DNA from: a virus
Taxonomy: Duplodnaviria; Caudoviricetes
Length of the DNA stretch: 50,465 nucleotides
IMG/VR virus record: IMGVR_UViG_3300024429_000003
Span: 1-50,465 of that record
Strand: one strand, 5' to 3'
Below the pieces are notes generated by a model. The model saw only the letters and a program-made list of their open reading frames with translations, had not been told where the DNA came from and did no database searches. The position numbers and the translations under genes are program-made. Positions 36,134-45,299 of the stretch are shown piece after piece; position 1 is the first letter of the stretch; the number at the start of each line of letters is the position of its first letter.

Positions 36134-37528
36134 ATGTCTCTCGGTAGACCTACAAGAAATATGAATCTCGTCATACATGAAGATTCTATTATCGATCATG
36201 ATGCTCTGCTGAATTTTGAAGCGAATGAGCATATAGATTGGACAGATACGGATGAAGATTTGCTTACTATAGGCACACTAGGCGCAGGAGCAATTACGGG
36301 CACATCATTTATTATTGGTGCAAATACCCTAGATACGAATGAGTTTGCCTTCCTTGACGGGCAGGATCAATCGGTTTTAATAGCCTCATCTCCCACTTTT
36401 AACGATATTACAATTTCTACCCCGTCAAATATTTATGCACTGTCTCATGATAATTTTGCTGATTTTATAGCAGATGAGCATATTAATGTAAAAAATTCAT
36501 TTACACAGAATGATGCGCAATATATCGCCACAGATGAAATCAGGGCCAGGGACGGCGACGGATTAAAGTTGCATGACGATGACGGCAACGGGATATTTGT
36601 TAAGGATGGGGGCAACGTCGGTATAAACGAAATAGCCCCCGAAACCCTCCTTGAGATGTCATCTACGGCTCCTTATTTAACATTACATAATAGTACAGCA
36701 GAAGATACAGAAGGAGGACGAGAAGGTAAAATCATATTTAAGGGTGAGCAGTCGGGTGGCGAAGAAACAACTCTTGCAATAATACAGGCTTCACATGACG
36801 GTGTTGGTGATGATCAGAAAGGCGATTTGATATTCTATACTAATGACGGGACGGACGGTGATACTCCAACAGAAGCTGTTAGAATTGATAGCGCCGGGTT
36901 AGTTACTATTCTGAGAAATAATTTAAATGTAGGTGAAGATGATGTGGCTGACAGAATTTTGAATGTTTATAGCGACACAGCAGGTTCATATATCAGTATT
37001 CGTTCACAGGGCAATGCTGCCGGTTGGTATACTTATGGGACTAGTATGAATTTTGCTGCGGCTACAGCATCAAAAAATATAGTTTTTTATGCTGGCGGTC
37101 TTACTGCTGGTGATTTAGCTATGACAATAAATCATTTTGGCAATGTTGGGATAGGTGACTCAACACCTGCGGCACGGGTTGAAATACTTACTGATACATT
37201 TATACAATTGCAACTTTCTCATGATACTACAAATCATATTACTTTTGTCGTACAATCAGACGGCGATTTAACTATAGACTCAAATAAGGCGTCCTATGAC
37301 CTTGATTTCGGTGACGGGAACCTGATTACTACCGGCGCCCTTGGCGCGGGATTAGCCACAACGGCTAGTCATTATCCTTCGGCAGATGATACTTATTATC
37401 TGGGCAAAAATGATGATGATGCGCCTGCGGCCTGGAAGGGTCTTATTCTGAAAGATCAGACAGACGATAAATATTATCGGATAGAGCTTAATAATGGTGC
37501 AATAAGCATTGTAGATTTAACGGATTAA
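36134..37528 (+). CDS. Tail fibre protein
   Basis: HD.L.NF.A.EHI repeats, GNVGI repeats, G/T/D-rich. Confidence 0.75.
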   Translation: MSLGRPTRNMNLVIHEDSIIDHDALLNFEANEHIDWTDTDEDLLTIGTLGAGAITGTSFIIGANTLDTNEFAFLDGQDQSVLIASSPTFNDITISTPSNIYALSHDNFADFIADEHINVKNSFTQNDAQYIATDEIRARDGDGLKLHDDDGNGIFVKDGGNVGINEIAPETLLEMSSTAPYLTLHNSTAEDTEGGREGKIIFKGEQSGGEETTLAIIQASHDGVGDDQKGDLIFYTNDGTDGDTPTEAVRIDSAGLVTILRNNLNVGEDDVADRILNVYSDTAGSYISIRSQGNAAGWYTYGTSMNFAAATASKNIVFYAGGLTAGDLAMTINHFGNVGIGDSTPAARVEILTDTFIQLQLSHDTTNHITFVVQSDGDLTIDSNKASYDLDFGDGNLITTGALGAGLATTASHYPSADDTYYLGKNDDDAPAAWKGLILKDQTDDKYYRIELNNGAISIVDLTD

Positions 37529-37537
37529 GAAAAAATA

Positions 37538-37711
37538 ATGACATTTGAATTAACAGAGCAAGAACATAAAAATCTCAACGTATTTTTAAATTTGGTTGTG
37601 TTTCAAGGAACCAGAAGAGAGATAGTTCCAGAACTAAACGAACTTAATCGATTATTGCAGATATTTAATCCTGCACCTAAACCGAAGAAACCAATACCAG
37701 AGAAAATATAA
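37538..37711 (+). CDS. Small protein, possible fibre chaperone (57 aa)
   Basis: Hand translation MTFELTEQEHKNL...; follows the fibre gene. Confidence 0.5.
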   Translation: MTFELTEQEHKNLNVFLNLVVFQGTRREIVPELNELNRLLQIFNPAPKPKKPIPEKI

Positions 37712-37724
37712 AAGAAATAAAAAG

Positions 37725-39929
37725 ATGCCGACAAGACGGATATCGTTTAGTGTAGACGCTCCATTTCTTGGGCTTATGTATGAAAATAAGCCGGGATTCG
37801 ATTCTCGATATTTATCCAAAGCCTATAATATATTTTTGGATCGAAACGGATATGTGGAAAAACGTCCGGGCGTCTCTCTGGAAGATATGTCTTTAGCCGC
37901 TCTTGGAGATGTAGCTATAAACGGTATATTTGAGTATACCAAACAGGGCACAACGGGCAACCCTACGGTAAAAAAAATTATTCATACCGGCGGATACGCT
38001 TACAGTTTATCCGGATCTGATGTTTTGGCTAATAAATCGGCATTAAATTCAACGGCTATGGCTGTAGGAAATTATATTTCCCATGCAGTCTTAGCAGACA
38101 AATATTACGCTGCTGACGGAAATACTATACTTCAATATTATGATGGAACTACTTGGCAAGATATTGATACACCGCCCGAGAGCGGAATAATCGGTACTTT
38201 TGCTCCTGCCGTAATCGCTGTCCATGGATGGAGTTTATGGGCAGGAGGGCATCCCGGCAATCCGTCTTATTTATATAAATCAGTGCCTCATATTGGTTAT
38301 GATTTTAATACAAATCTTGCGGCCTATAGCGTAATAGATGGGTTTGCTCTTGTCGGAGCGTCACAAATTCCTGTCAGAACTGATGATGGGACTGTGATTA
38401 CCGAGATAATTGGTGATCATTATGAGCAGTTAATTATTGGAAAAGAAGATTCAATCCATAGGATAATCGGGGCAACTAAAGCCGATTTTGTCATGCCCCC
38501 TGCCGGGATTATTGATGGGATAGGCATGATTAGAGGTTCGGTAGTAAAGGCGAACAACGATTTATTTTTTGCCTCTACAAAAGGTATCCATCGTTTATCT
38601 ACCGTTGAGCAATATGGAGACAATAAAGAGTTTTTTATTTCTCATGCTATCCAGGATCTTTATGACGGGTTCGATAAAACTAATATGCTGAATTGGTGCA
38701 GGTCTGCTCATTGGCCGTCTAAGTCATGTATCGCTTGGGTCTTTCCCAGTAAGGATGCAGACACAAATGACACTATTATATTTTTCTTTTATGCGGTCCC
38801 CCCTAATGGCGGTTGGGCCATAATGACAGGGCATAATATTTCATCTATGGGAATTCTTACGCATAACGGAACCCCTTCATTGTATATGGGAGATCACTCA
38901 AGGCGGTTATTAAGAGTAGCGCCCGAGATGGGAAATGATTACGGTTCTGCTTTCACTATGGAAGCTGAATGGGTAATTAACCCAAAAGACAGAAAAATAT
39001 GGAAAGGATTTAGAGAAGCATTTATCAGTTTTTCACCTACAGGTGGCGGGATAGACGTAAAGACTAAAGTTGATAATAATGATTGGTCGGATACTCACAG
39101 CATAATTTCAAACGAGAAAACAGCCTCAGCTGACGAAATCAGAGCAGAAATCGCCAGATTCCCTGTTGATCGATCAGGACATATCTTAACGATCAACTGT
39201 CAAAATTCAGCTTTTGAGGAGGCAGTTGAAATATATTCCGTAGGCGGTGAATTTGTGTCGCAAGGGATCAGGGGGAGAATTGTTCCAACGGCTTCGGCCT
39301 ATATCTCTATCGATATTCTTTATATCAAGACTGCTGTGCATTGGGGCAAAGATGAAGATAACACCTGGCGGATGTTTAATAATCAACCCGACGATGCAGC
39401 TAGTGATTATCCGGATGATGTAGCTTTTGAGCGTAAAGATTTCAGTGTATGGACAGAGAAGTTTGCTATTGAATCAAATACGGCGGCTGTTTTAGGTTCA
39501 GCTACGGTAGATTTTAATGATGTATTTACAAAGAATGTCTATATCAATGACGGCGGGTGTATATACCTTTTTGCTACAGGCGGAGATGAGACGACTAATG
39601 GCTGCTATCGTATTACATGGTTTGAAGGTGTTGTATATTGGCATGAGTTAATAACTGGCACATGGACTTTGATATTTGATACTAAGCCGGTTACAGCAGA
39701 CCCTTCAGTGCCTGTAGAAATATCAGGGTATACCGAGCCATTAGACCCGACAATCCTTGAGGCTGACAATTTCTATTTGGATAAAGCCGGAGCGATTTAT
39801 CTTTATCCTTCAGACAATGAGCAGACAACGGATAATTGCTTAAGAATTACCCGCAGCGTTCAGGATTTAGCAATAAAAAAGAGATCTCTTGGCGGATGGT
39901 TAGAAACTTTTGCCTTTACCAGAAAATAA
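37725..39929 (+). CDS. Tail nozzle/stabilisation protein (P22 gp10/T7 gp12-like beta-propeller) with C-terminal extension
   Basis: F.GL...AYNI...EKRPG start, LIIGKEDSI, LFFASTKGI, FISHAIQ, K.FRE. Confidence 0.8.
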   Translation: MPTRRISFSVDAPFLGLMYENKPGFDSRYLSKAYNIFLDRNGYVEKRPGVSLEDMSLAALGDVAINGIFEYTKQGTTGNPTVKKIIHTGGYAYSLSGSDVLANKSALNSTAMAVGNYISHAVLADKYYAADGNTILQYYDGTTWQDIDTPPESGIIGTFAPAVIAVHGWSLWAGGHPGNPSYLYKSVPHIGYDFNTNLAAYSVIDGFALVGASQIPVRTDDGTVITEIIGDHYEQLIIGKEDSIHRIIGATKADFVMPPAGIIDGIGMIRGSVVKANNDLFFASTKGIHRLSTVEQYGDNKEFFISHAIQDLYDGFDKTNMLNWCRSAHWPSKSCIAWVFPSKDADTNDTIIFFFYAVPPNGGWAIMTGHNISSMGILTHNGTPSLYMGDHSRRLLRVAPEMGNDYGSAFTMEAEWVINPKDRKIWKGFREAFISFSPTGGGIDVKTKVDNNDWSDTHSIISNEKTASADEIRAEIARFPVDRSGHILTINCQNSAFEEAVEIYSVGGEFVSQGIRGRIVPTASAYISIDILYIKTAVHWGKDEDNTWRMFNNQPDDAASDYPDDVAFERKDFSVWTEKFAIESNTAAVLGSATVDFNDVFTKNVYINDGGCIYLFATGGDETTNGCYRITWFEGVVYWHELITGTWTLIFDTKPVTADPSVPVEISGYTEPLDPTILEADNFYLDKAGAIYLYPSDNEQTTDNCLRITRSVQDLAIKKRSLGGWLETFAFTRK

Positions 39930-40002
39930 AAAAATAAAAAACCTGGTATTTACGGTAGAAACCAGGTATTTACCATTTTTTTAAAAAAAGGACTAAGTAA
40001 TG

Positions 40003-40056
40003 AAAAATCAATAGTTTATTTATGAATATAGGGTTACAGATTTTTTAATATGTAAC
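40003..40056. repeat. About 55-bp element, copy 2: IHF consensus plus GTTACA-N12-TGTAAC
   Basis: Near-identical to 35427..35481. Confidence 0.85.
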
Positions 40057-40088
40057 AGGTAAATAGTTGAAAAATAAAAGGAGACCTT

Positions 40089-42575
40089 ATGAAAAAAATA
40101 ATGTGTATTTTGTGTATTTTGTTCTTTGCTTCAACAGCGTACGCCGGTTATCGATCAACAGACGGCTCCTACCATGTAGGGGATACGGTTTCAATCAGCC
40201 AGTATTCGGATAATCTGAGTACGGCGCTTGCTGCTATCGGCTCGGACGATAAGGAATTAATAATCAATGAAACAATTGCCTTAACGGCGCATTGTGTAGT
40301 CCCTGCCACCTGTAAAATTCGTTTCACCAAAGGCGGAATAATTACCCTCGGAGATTATAATTTAACAATCAATTCCCCTTTCAGGTGTGACCGGCAATAT
40401 ATTTTTAATGCTACAGGTACAGGAGTTGTTGCTTTTGGCGCAGACTCAGTAAAAGAAATTTTGCCCGAATGGTTTGGAACAGCCGACGACGATGTAGTAT
40501 TGCAAGATGTTATTGATGCTCTTGGGGCTAGTAGTATTCCTCTTTATTTTTCTCAAGGCACATGGGACATAGATGCGTCTTTGACTTTTGTAGCGACCAC
40601 TACAATGAAATTTGATAAAGGCGCTATTTTGGATGTGAATGATGGCATAACTGTAGCAATAGGCGGATATGTTGATGCAGGGCCGTATAAAATATTTGAT
40701 GTAGACGCTAATTCAACAGTATCGCTTGCCGACACAACGATAGATGTTTATTCGACATGGTTTGATGAGAATTTAACTGCGGCCGTAGGTTCTATCGCTT
40801 CTTACGATCAGATTTTGCATATCACTGACTCGACACTTAATTCCTCTATTGCAATTGCTAAAGATATAAAAATTGTTCTTGAGTGTGATGCTACCAGCAC
40901 ATTATCAGCAAGTGCGATTTTTGATGTTGACGGAGTTTTAAGTGAGTCTACTTACGCACTTTCGGCAGACGAGGACGAGGGATCAGAAAGTGTAGTGGTT
41001 GCAAGCGCTACAGGGCTTGCAGTTGGAGATTATATTTACTTCCGTCAGCCGCAGACAACGGCATATGTTGATTCTCATTATAGAATTGTCAGTATCGCTG
41101 ATACTACATTAACTCTTGACAGAGATTTAGATATTGACGCAGATTCGAATTGTATTATCTATGAGCATACGCCATATAGATTTAATTTTGACGGAAATGG
41201 GAAAACAGTCTCAATGTCTGGTGATAGACCACAGTTTATTAACATGGTTCATAGCAGAGACTCTAAAATATCAGATACTCATTTATACTTTTCGGGAAAT
41301 GAACCAACTACATCCAGTTCCGTTATAATCCCTGTTTTTGTTGATAAATGTTACGGAATTACTATTGAAAATATGACATTTAAAAATCTTGACGGAGGTG
41401 AAAATTTTTCCTGCTTGGGAGTATATCGGTCTTCGGGCATAGACGTTGATAATATTTTTATCCCGGGCACAAAAGGAAAGGCTGGAGGATTAGTATTTTT
41501 ATATAATACTCAAGGGAACGTGCATCATTGTAGGCTTTTCAAGGTACAGACCTCGGGGACGGGAGTTATATTTTCTTATCTTTGTCATTATTTTGACATT
41601 AATAATAATATAATTCATTCATCAACTTATCATGCGGCCGATACATCAGGATCAGGAATACAAATAACCGCTTGTGTTAATGTTAATTGCAATAATAATA
41701 CAGTTGCTAATTGTAGAGGTATTGCCGAAATATATGTTTCAGGATCTTCTGACAGAGTAAATATTACAGGTAATATCATTTCTCATTCCGGGGTTGGAAC
41801 AAACGATTATAAATCAGCTATCCAGCTTCGATCAGGAACGAATATAAAATGTAATAGTAACTTGATTGAAACTGATGGGGCCACCGGGATACATCTTAGA
41901 GGAATTGATGGATATTCTTTGCAAAATAATACGGTAATTTGTACTGGAATTCACGGATTACTATTAACAAAAGCCGGTTCAGATGCCGATGAAGCAACCT
42001 ATTATCCCTCAAACGGTATTGTTTCAGGGAATGATATAAAATTAACTAATGCTGTTGCTACCTGCACTGGTCTTAATTTGGGCAGTAAGGCATATGAAAA
42101 TAAAATATGTGATAATAAAATTGAGTATACTAGCACTAGTGTTGCTGCCGGTAACAAATGGGGAATGCTGTTAAATACGGCAGATACAAAAACGGCTGTT
42201 CATGATAATTATATTTATACTGCTATTACTGACGCCAATTTTCCTATTATCGGGATTCAGTTATCTTCTTTTGCCGGGGCTTTTTGGAATAATATGGTTG
42301 AGGGAGACAATGATACACCGTATACATTTACTACCCCAACGGGGTACGGGCACGATAACTGGTCTGTTGGTTCAAATCTTGGTTATGGATATGTAGCCGC
42401 AGTAATAAATACAAAAACCTTTGCCGGCACGTGCGCAAGGAAAATGGGGACTACAGCGGCCAGGCCGACACTGGGGGCCGCCGATGCAGGGTTTATTTAC
42501 TGGGATACAAATTTAACTGAAGCCATTGTATGGAACGGATCAGGGTGGGTGGCTTGTGACGGGACAGGGTTATAG
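40089..42575 (+). CDS. Tailspike/right-handed beta-helix protein with a Sec-type signal peptide
   Basis: MKKIMCILCILFFASTAYA; PEWFG...DDD; many I.GN/NN repeats; C-terminal GTTAARP...YWDT...WNGSGWV. Confidence 0.78.
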   Translation: MKKIMCILCILFFASTAYAGYRSTDGSYHVGDTVSISQYSDNLSTALAAIGSDDKELIINETIALTAHCVVPATCKIRFTKGGIITLGDYNLTINSPFRCDRQYIFNATGTGVVAFGADSVKEILPEWFGTADDDVVLQDVIDALGASSIPLYFSQGTWDIDASLTFVATTTMKFDKGAILDVNDGITVAIGGYVDAGPYKIFDVDANSTVSLADTTIDVYSTWFDENLTAAVGSIASYDQILHITDSTLNSSIAIAKDIKIVLECDATSTLSASAIFDVDGVLSESTYALSADEDEGSESVVVASATGLAVGDYIYFRQPQTTAYVDSHYRIVSIADTTLTLDRDLDIDADSNCIIYEHTPYRFNFDGNGKTVSMSGDRPQFINMVHSRDSKISDTHLYFSGNEPTTSSSVIIPVFVDKCYGITIENMTFKNLDGGENFSCLGVYRSSGIDVDNIFIPGTKGKAGGLVFLYNTQGNVHHCRLFKVQTSGTGVIFSYLCHYFDINNNIIHSSTYHAADTSGSGIQITACVNVNCNNNTVANCRGIAEIYVSGSSDRVNITGNIISHSGVGTNDYKSAIQLRSGTNIKCNSNLIETDGATGIHLRGIDGYSLQNNTVICTGIHGLLLTKAGSDADEATYYPSNGIVSGNDIKLTNAVATCTGLNLGSKAYENKICDNKIEYTSTSVAAGNKWGMLLNTADTKTAVHDNYIYTAITDANFPIIGIQLSSFAGAFWNNMVEGDNDTPYTFTTPTGYGHDNWSVGSNLGYGYVAAVINTKTFAGTCARKMGTTAARPTLGAADAGFIYWDTNLTEAIVWNGSGWVACDGTGL

Positions 42576-43001
42576 CTTTTTTAATTTTTTAACAAAAATA
42601 TATAAAAAAATTAATATACCAAGCACATAAAAATGACGGGTACGAATAGTTTCACCAAAAAGAGACAATTTTCCATCATGAAAATAATGGCAAATAACCC
42701 TATTCGTAAAAGGAATGTCCCAAATCCAAAAGCTTAGGGGAAGAAATGAAAAGAAGAAGGCCATAATAATTTTTTTTATCTGTGGGTGTGTAGGGGACAG
42801 TCGTAAGATTATTATTGCAATTATAATAGCCCACGGCAAAGAGGGGTCATATGATAACCATTTAATGAGAGAAATTACTGTATAATCCTTACCAAATGGG
42901 TTCAACATGCAAGTTGGATAATAGAAAATAGCGTGGTGTAAAATTGCGGTCAACGGTATGATGAGGAGGGGTAAAAATTTTATCATAGATTTTATTTTCA
43001 T
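42570..43001 (-). CDS. Polytopic membrane protein on the antisense strand (moron-like)
   Basis: About four hydrophobic segments; own promoter; AT-rich. Confidence 0.7.
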   Translation of the reverse strand: MKIKSMIKFLPLLIIPLTAILHHAIFYYPTCMLNPFGKDYTVISLIKWLSYDPSLPWAIIIAIIILRLSPTHPQIKKIIMAFFFSFLPLSFWIWDIPFTNRVICHYFHDGKLSLFGETIRTRHFYVLGILIFLYIFVKKLKKL

Positions 43002-43007
43002 AAAAAA

Positions 43008-43036
43008 AATATAGACAATAAAAAATTTGTTGTCAA
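43008..43036 (-). promoter_or_regulatory. Sigma70 promoter of the membrane-protein gene
   Basis: TTGACA-17 nt-TATATT with TGn; predicted +1 near ATG 43001. Confidence 0.65.
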
Positions 43037-43159
43037 GGTAAATTAAATATAAAAAATAACCTGAGGAGATGAAACTGCTAAATTTACTGATTACACCATA
43101 TGCCATTCAGAGAAGCTTGCAAGGTGTGAGGCGTTATAAAATAAGAAGGTAAAATAGAT

Positions 43160-44089
43160 ATGATAACATTAAGTTTGTTTCGTTTTTTCTTTTGTCCGGT
43201 ATTATGTTTTTTACTGTATTTTTGTTGGGTTCAATGGATTCCCGCGGCTATTAGTGCTGTCGGTGCTATTGCGGGGGCGGTTAAAGGCAGCCAAAAAGGC
43301 TCGGGGAGCACACCTGCGACAGTACCAACGTCAGGAACGTCGTGGCAGACATCAAGACAAGCTTTGCCGAGTGCTACACCAATGCAGGCATATGGCGAAA
43401 ATGCTCTCATGCAGATGATGCAAGGATATAACCCACAAGGGCAATTAGGGTTAGCCGGACAGTCTACGGGGGCCATGAGTAATCTTTTCGGAGGGGCGGC
43501 CCCACAGGTATCCCCACAGCAGCAAGCACTCATTCAGGGTCAGACACAGAATTTTATGCGAGGATTACAGCAGCAATTAGAGCAGTACGCCAAAGGCGCA
43601 AAGTCAGGCAATCAGCAGTATTGGCAAGGTAGAGGATTACCAGGATCAAGCATGGAGGTAGGTGGCCAATCTAATATTGACGCTCAAATGATGCAGCAAT
43701 TAGCGCAAGGGTATACTCAGGCCAAGGGGCAGGAGTTACAGAATCTTTTACAATATCCCATGCAGAATCTTCAGTATATGCAAGGTATGGGAAGCTTGCA
43801 GCAGCAATATAATCAGCCGTTCTTAGAGATGATTAATCAACTTGGTATGTCAAGACTGCAAGGACCGAGAGATGTTACACAGACAGGAGCTACTACCGGC
43901 ACGGCAGTAGCGCAGCAAGGGGCGTCTACAGGCGGCGGGATAATGGATATTCTTGGAGGTGCTAAAGGCGGACTAGAGATGGGCCAAGGGCTTAATACTC
44001 TTATTAGCCTTTTTGGTAATAAAGGTAGTGGTGGGTCAGGGAATACAACACCGTCCGGATGGGTTACGGATGACACTGTACGCGCATAA
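43160..44089 (+). CDS. DNA ejection/pilot protein 1 with a hydrophobic leader
   Basis: WIPAAISAVGAIAG, G/Q-rich, GRGLPGSS motif, C-terminal glycine-zipper. Confidence 0.72.
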   Translation: MITLSLFRFFFCPVLCFLLYFCWVQWIPAAISAVGAIAGAVKGSQKGSGSTPATVPTSGTSWQTSRQALPSATPMQAYGENALMQMMQGYNPQGQLGLAGQSTGAMSNLFGGAAPQVSPQQQALIQGQTQNFMRGLQQQLEQYAKGAKSGNQQYWQGRGLPGSSMEVGGQSNIDAQMMQQLAQGYTQAKGQELQNLLQYPMQNLQYMQGMGSLQQQYNQPFLEMINQLGMSRLQGPRDVTQTGATTGTAVAQQGASTGGGIMDILGGAKGGLEMGQGLNTLISLFGNKGSGGSGNTTPSGWVTDDTVRA

Positions 44090-44105
44090 TAGGAGGTAAA
44101 AATAT

Positions 44106-45299
44106 ATGCCAACGCTTTCCGAAATGCTGATAGAAGGAGAGAAAAGAAGAAGAAGGAAAAAGAAAGGTGTCGGAGCGGGTGAGCTCCTTGAACAATTAAC
44201 AGTAAAGAAGTTATTCAAGCCCGGCAGGGAAGAGTATTGGCGATATATGCAGTCAACCGGCATGGAATCTCAGGATATAGTAGACGCCATTTTTAAGGAT
44301 CAGAAAAATAATATTGCAAACCCGAAAGATATTTCAGCCGCACAGGAGAAAGCAACACTACAGACCCAGACAGGGCAGAATCTTCTTGATGTATTGAGTC
44401 AGGGGTTACAACAGCAGGCGCAGGGTGCGCAACCTCCTTCAACTATGCCTCGACAGAATATACAACAAGCCCCTTCAACTATGCCTCAACAGAATATACA
44501 ACAACAGATGCCTTCTGCTTTACAGCAGCAAACAGTATTACCAATGCAAGATGAATGGCGACAGGATATACAACTGCCTGCTGCCTTACAGCAGCAAACA
44601 GTATTACCAATGCAAGGTGAATGGTTTCTTTCTCCACAGCAGCAAGGCATTCGCGGATTAATGCAGGCCGATCCCCGGTCAGCTACCTTTGAGACTATGC
44701 AGAAGAGTTTCCCTCAAAGGTTTAGTCCTCCTCCGGATCCATTAACTCCATCAGAACGAATGACACAGGAAGAACTTGGTATATTAAAAGGTGTTAAAGG
44801 TAAAGAGAGAAAAGAGATTGCTGCTTTTCCATCATTAAAACCGCATAAACCGCTAAGTCCTTATGAAGAACGAAGACTTAAATTAAGTGAAAGACGACAA
44901 AAGTCTTTGGAGGAATCCAGAAGAATAGGATTAATAAGAGAAAAACGGCTTAGTTTGGCCGATGACCGACGATATGAGATCGCTGTAGAAAGATTAGGTT
45001 TAGCTACTGCAGACCTGGATTTGGATAATCGAAAATATTTAGTAGAATTAGCCAAAATAGATGAAGCCAGCGATTATAGAGCAATTAAGGCAATATTAGA
45101 GCAGGCCAAAGCAATAGCCCCCGGCCAAGGAATGACGAATGATCTTTTAGGGCAGGCTATCGAACGACTAAAGATAATGGATACCAGATTTGATAAAACG
45201 CACAAGCGTGCGGTAAAGCGAGTAAAATCATGGTTTTTCTGGGAAAAACCTACATTGAGAGGGGTTAAAGAAATTGACCAATACGGAGATCTGTTTTAA
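44106..45299 (+). CDS. DNA ejection protein 2
   Basis: Position between ejection genes; Q/P-rich plus coiled coil. Confidence 0.6.
   Translation: MPTLSEMLIEGEKRRRRKKKGVGAGELLEQLTVKKLFKPGREEYWRYMQSTGMESQDIVDAIFKDQKNNIANPKDISAAQEKATLQTQTGQNLLDVLSQGLQQQAQGAQPPSTMPRQNIQQAPSTMPQQNIQQQMPSALQQQTVLPMQDEWRQDIQLPAALQQQTVLPMQGEWFLSPQQQGIRGLMQADPRSATFETMQKSFPQRFSPPPDPLTPSERMTQEELGILKGVKGKERKEIAAFPSLKPHKPLSPYEERRLKLSERRQKSLEESRRIGLIREKRLSLADDRRYEIAVERLGLATADLDLDNRKYLVELAKIDEASDYRAIKAILEQAKAIAPGQGMTNDLLGQAIERLKIMDTRFDKTHKRAVKRVKSWFFWEKPTLRGVKEIDQYGDLF
44436..44624 (+). repeat. Two in-frame duplications (36-bp and 66-bp period)
   Basis: PSTMP(R/Q)QNIQQ x2; P(S/A)ALQQQTVLPMQ(D/G)EW x2. Confidence 0.9.

Noticed and set aside
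36134-42575. Diversity-generating retroelement or invertase-based fibre switching
   Set aside because: No reverse transcriptase, no TR/VR pair and no serine invertase seen.
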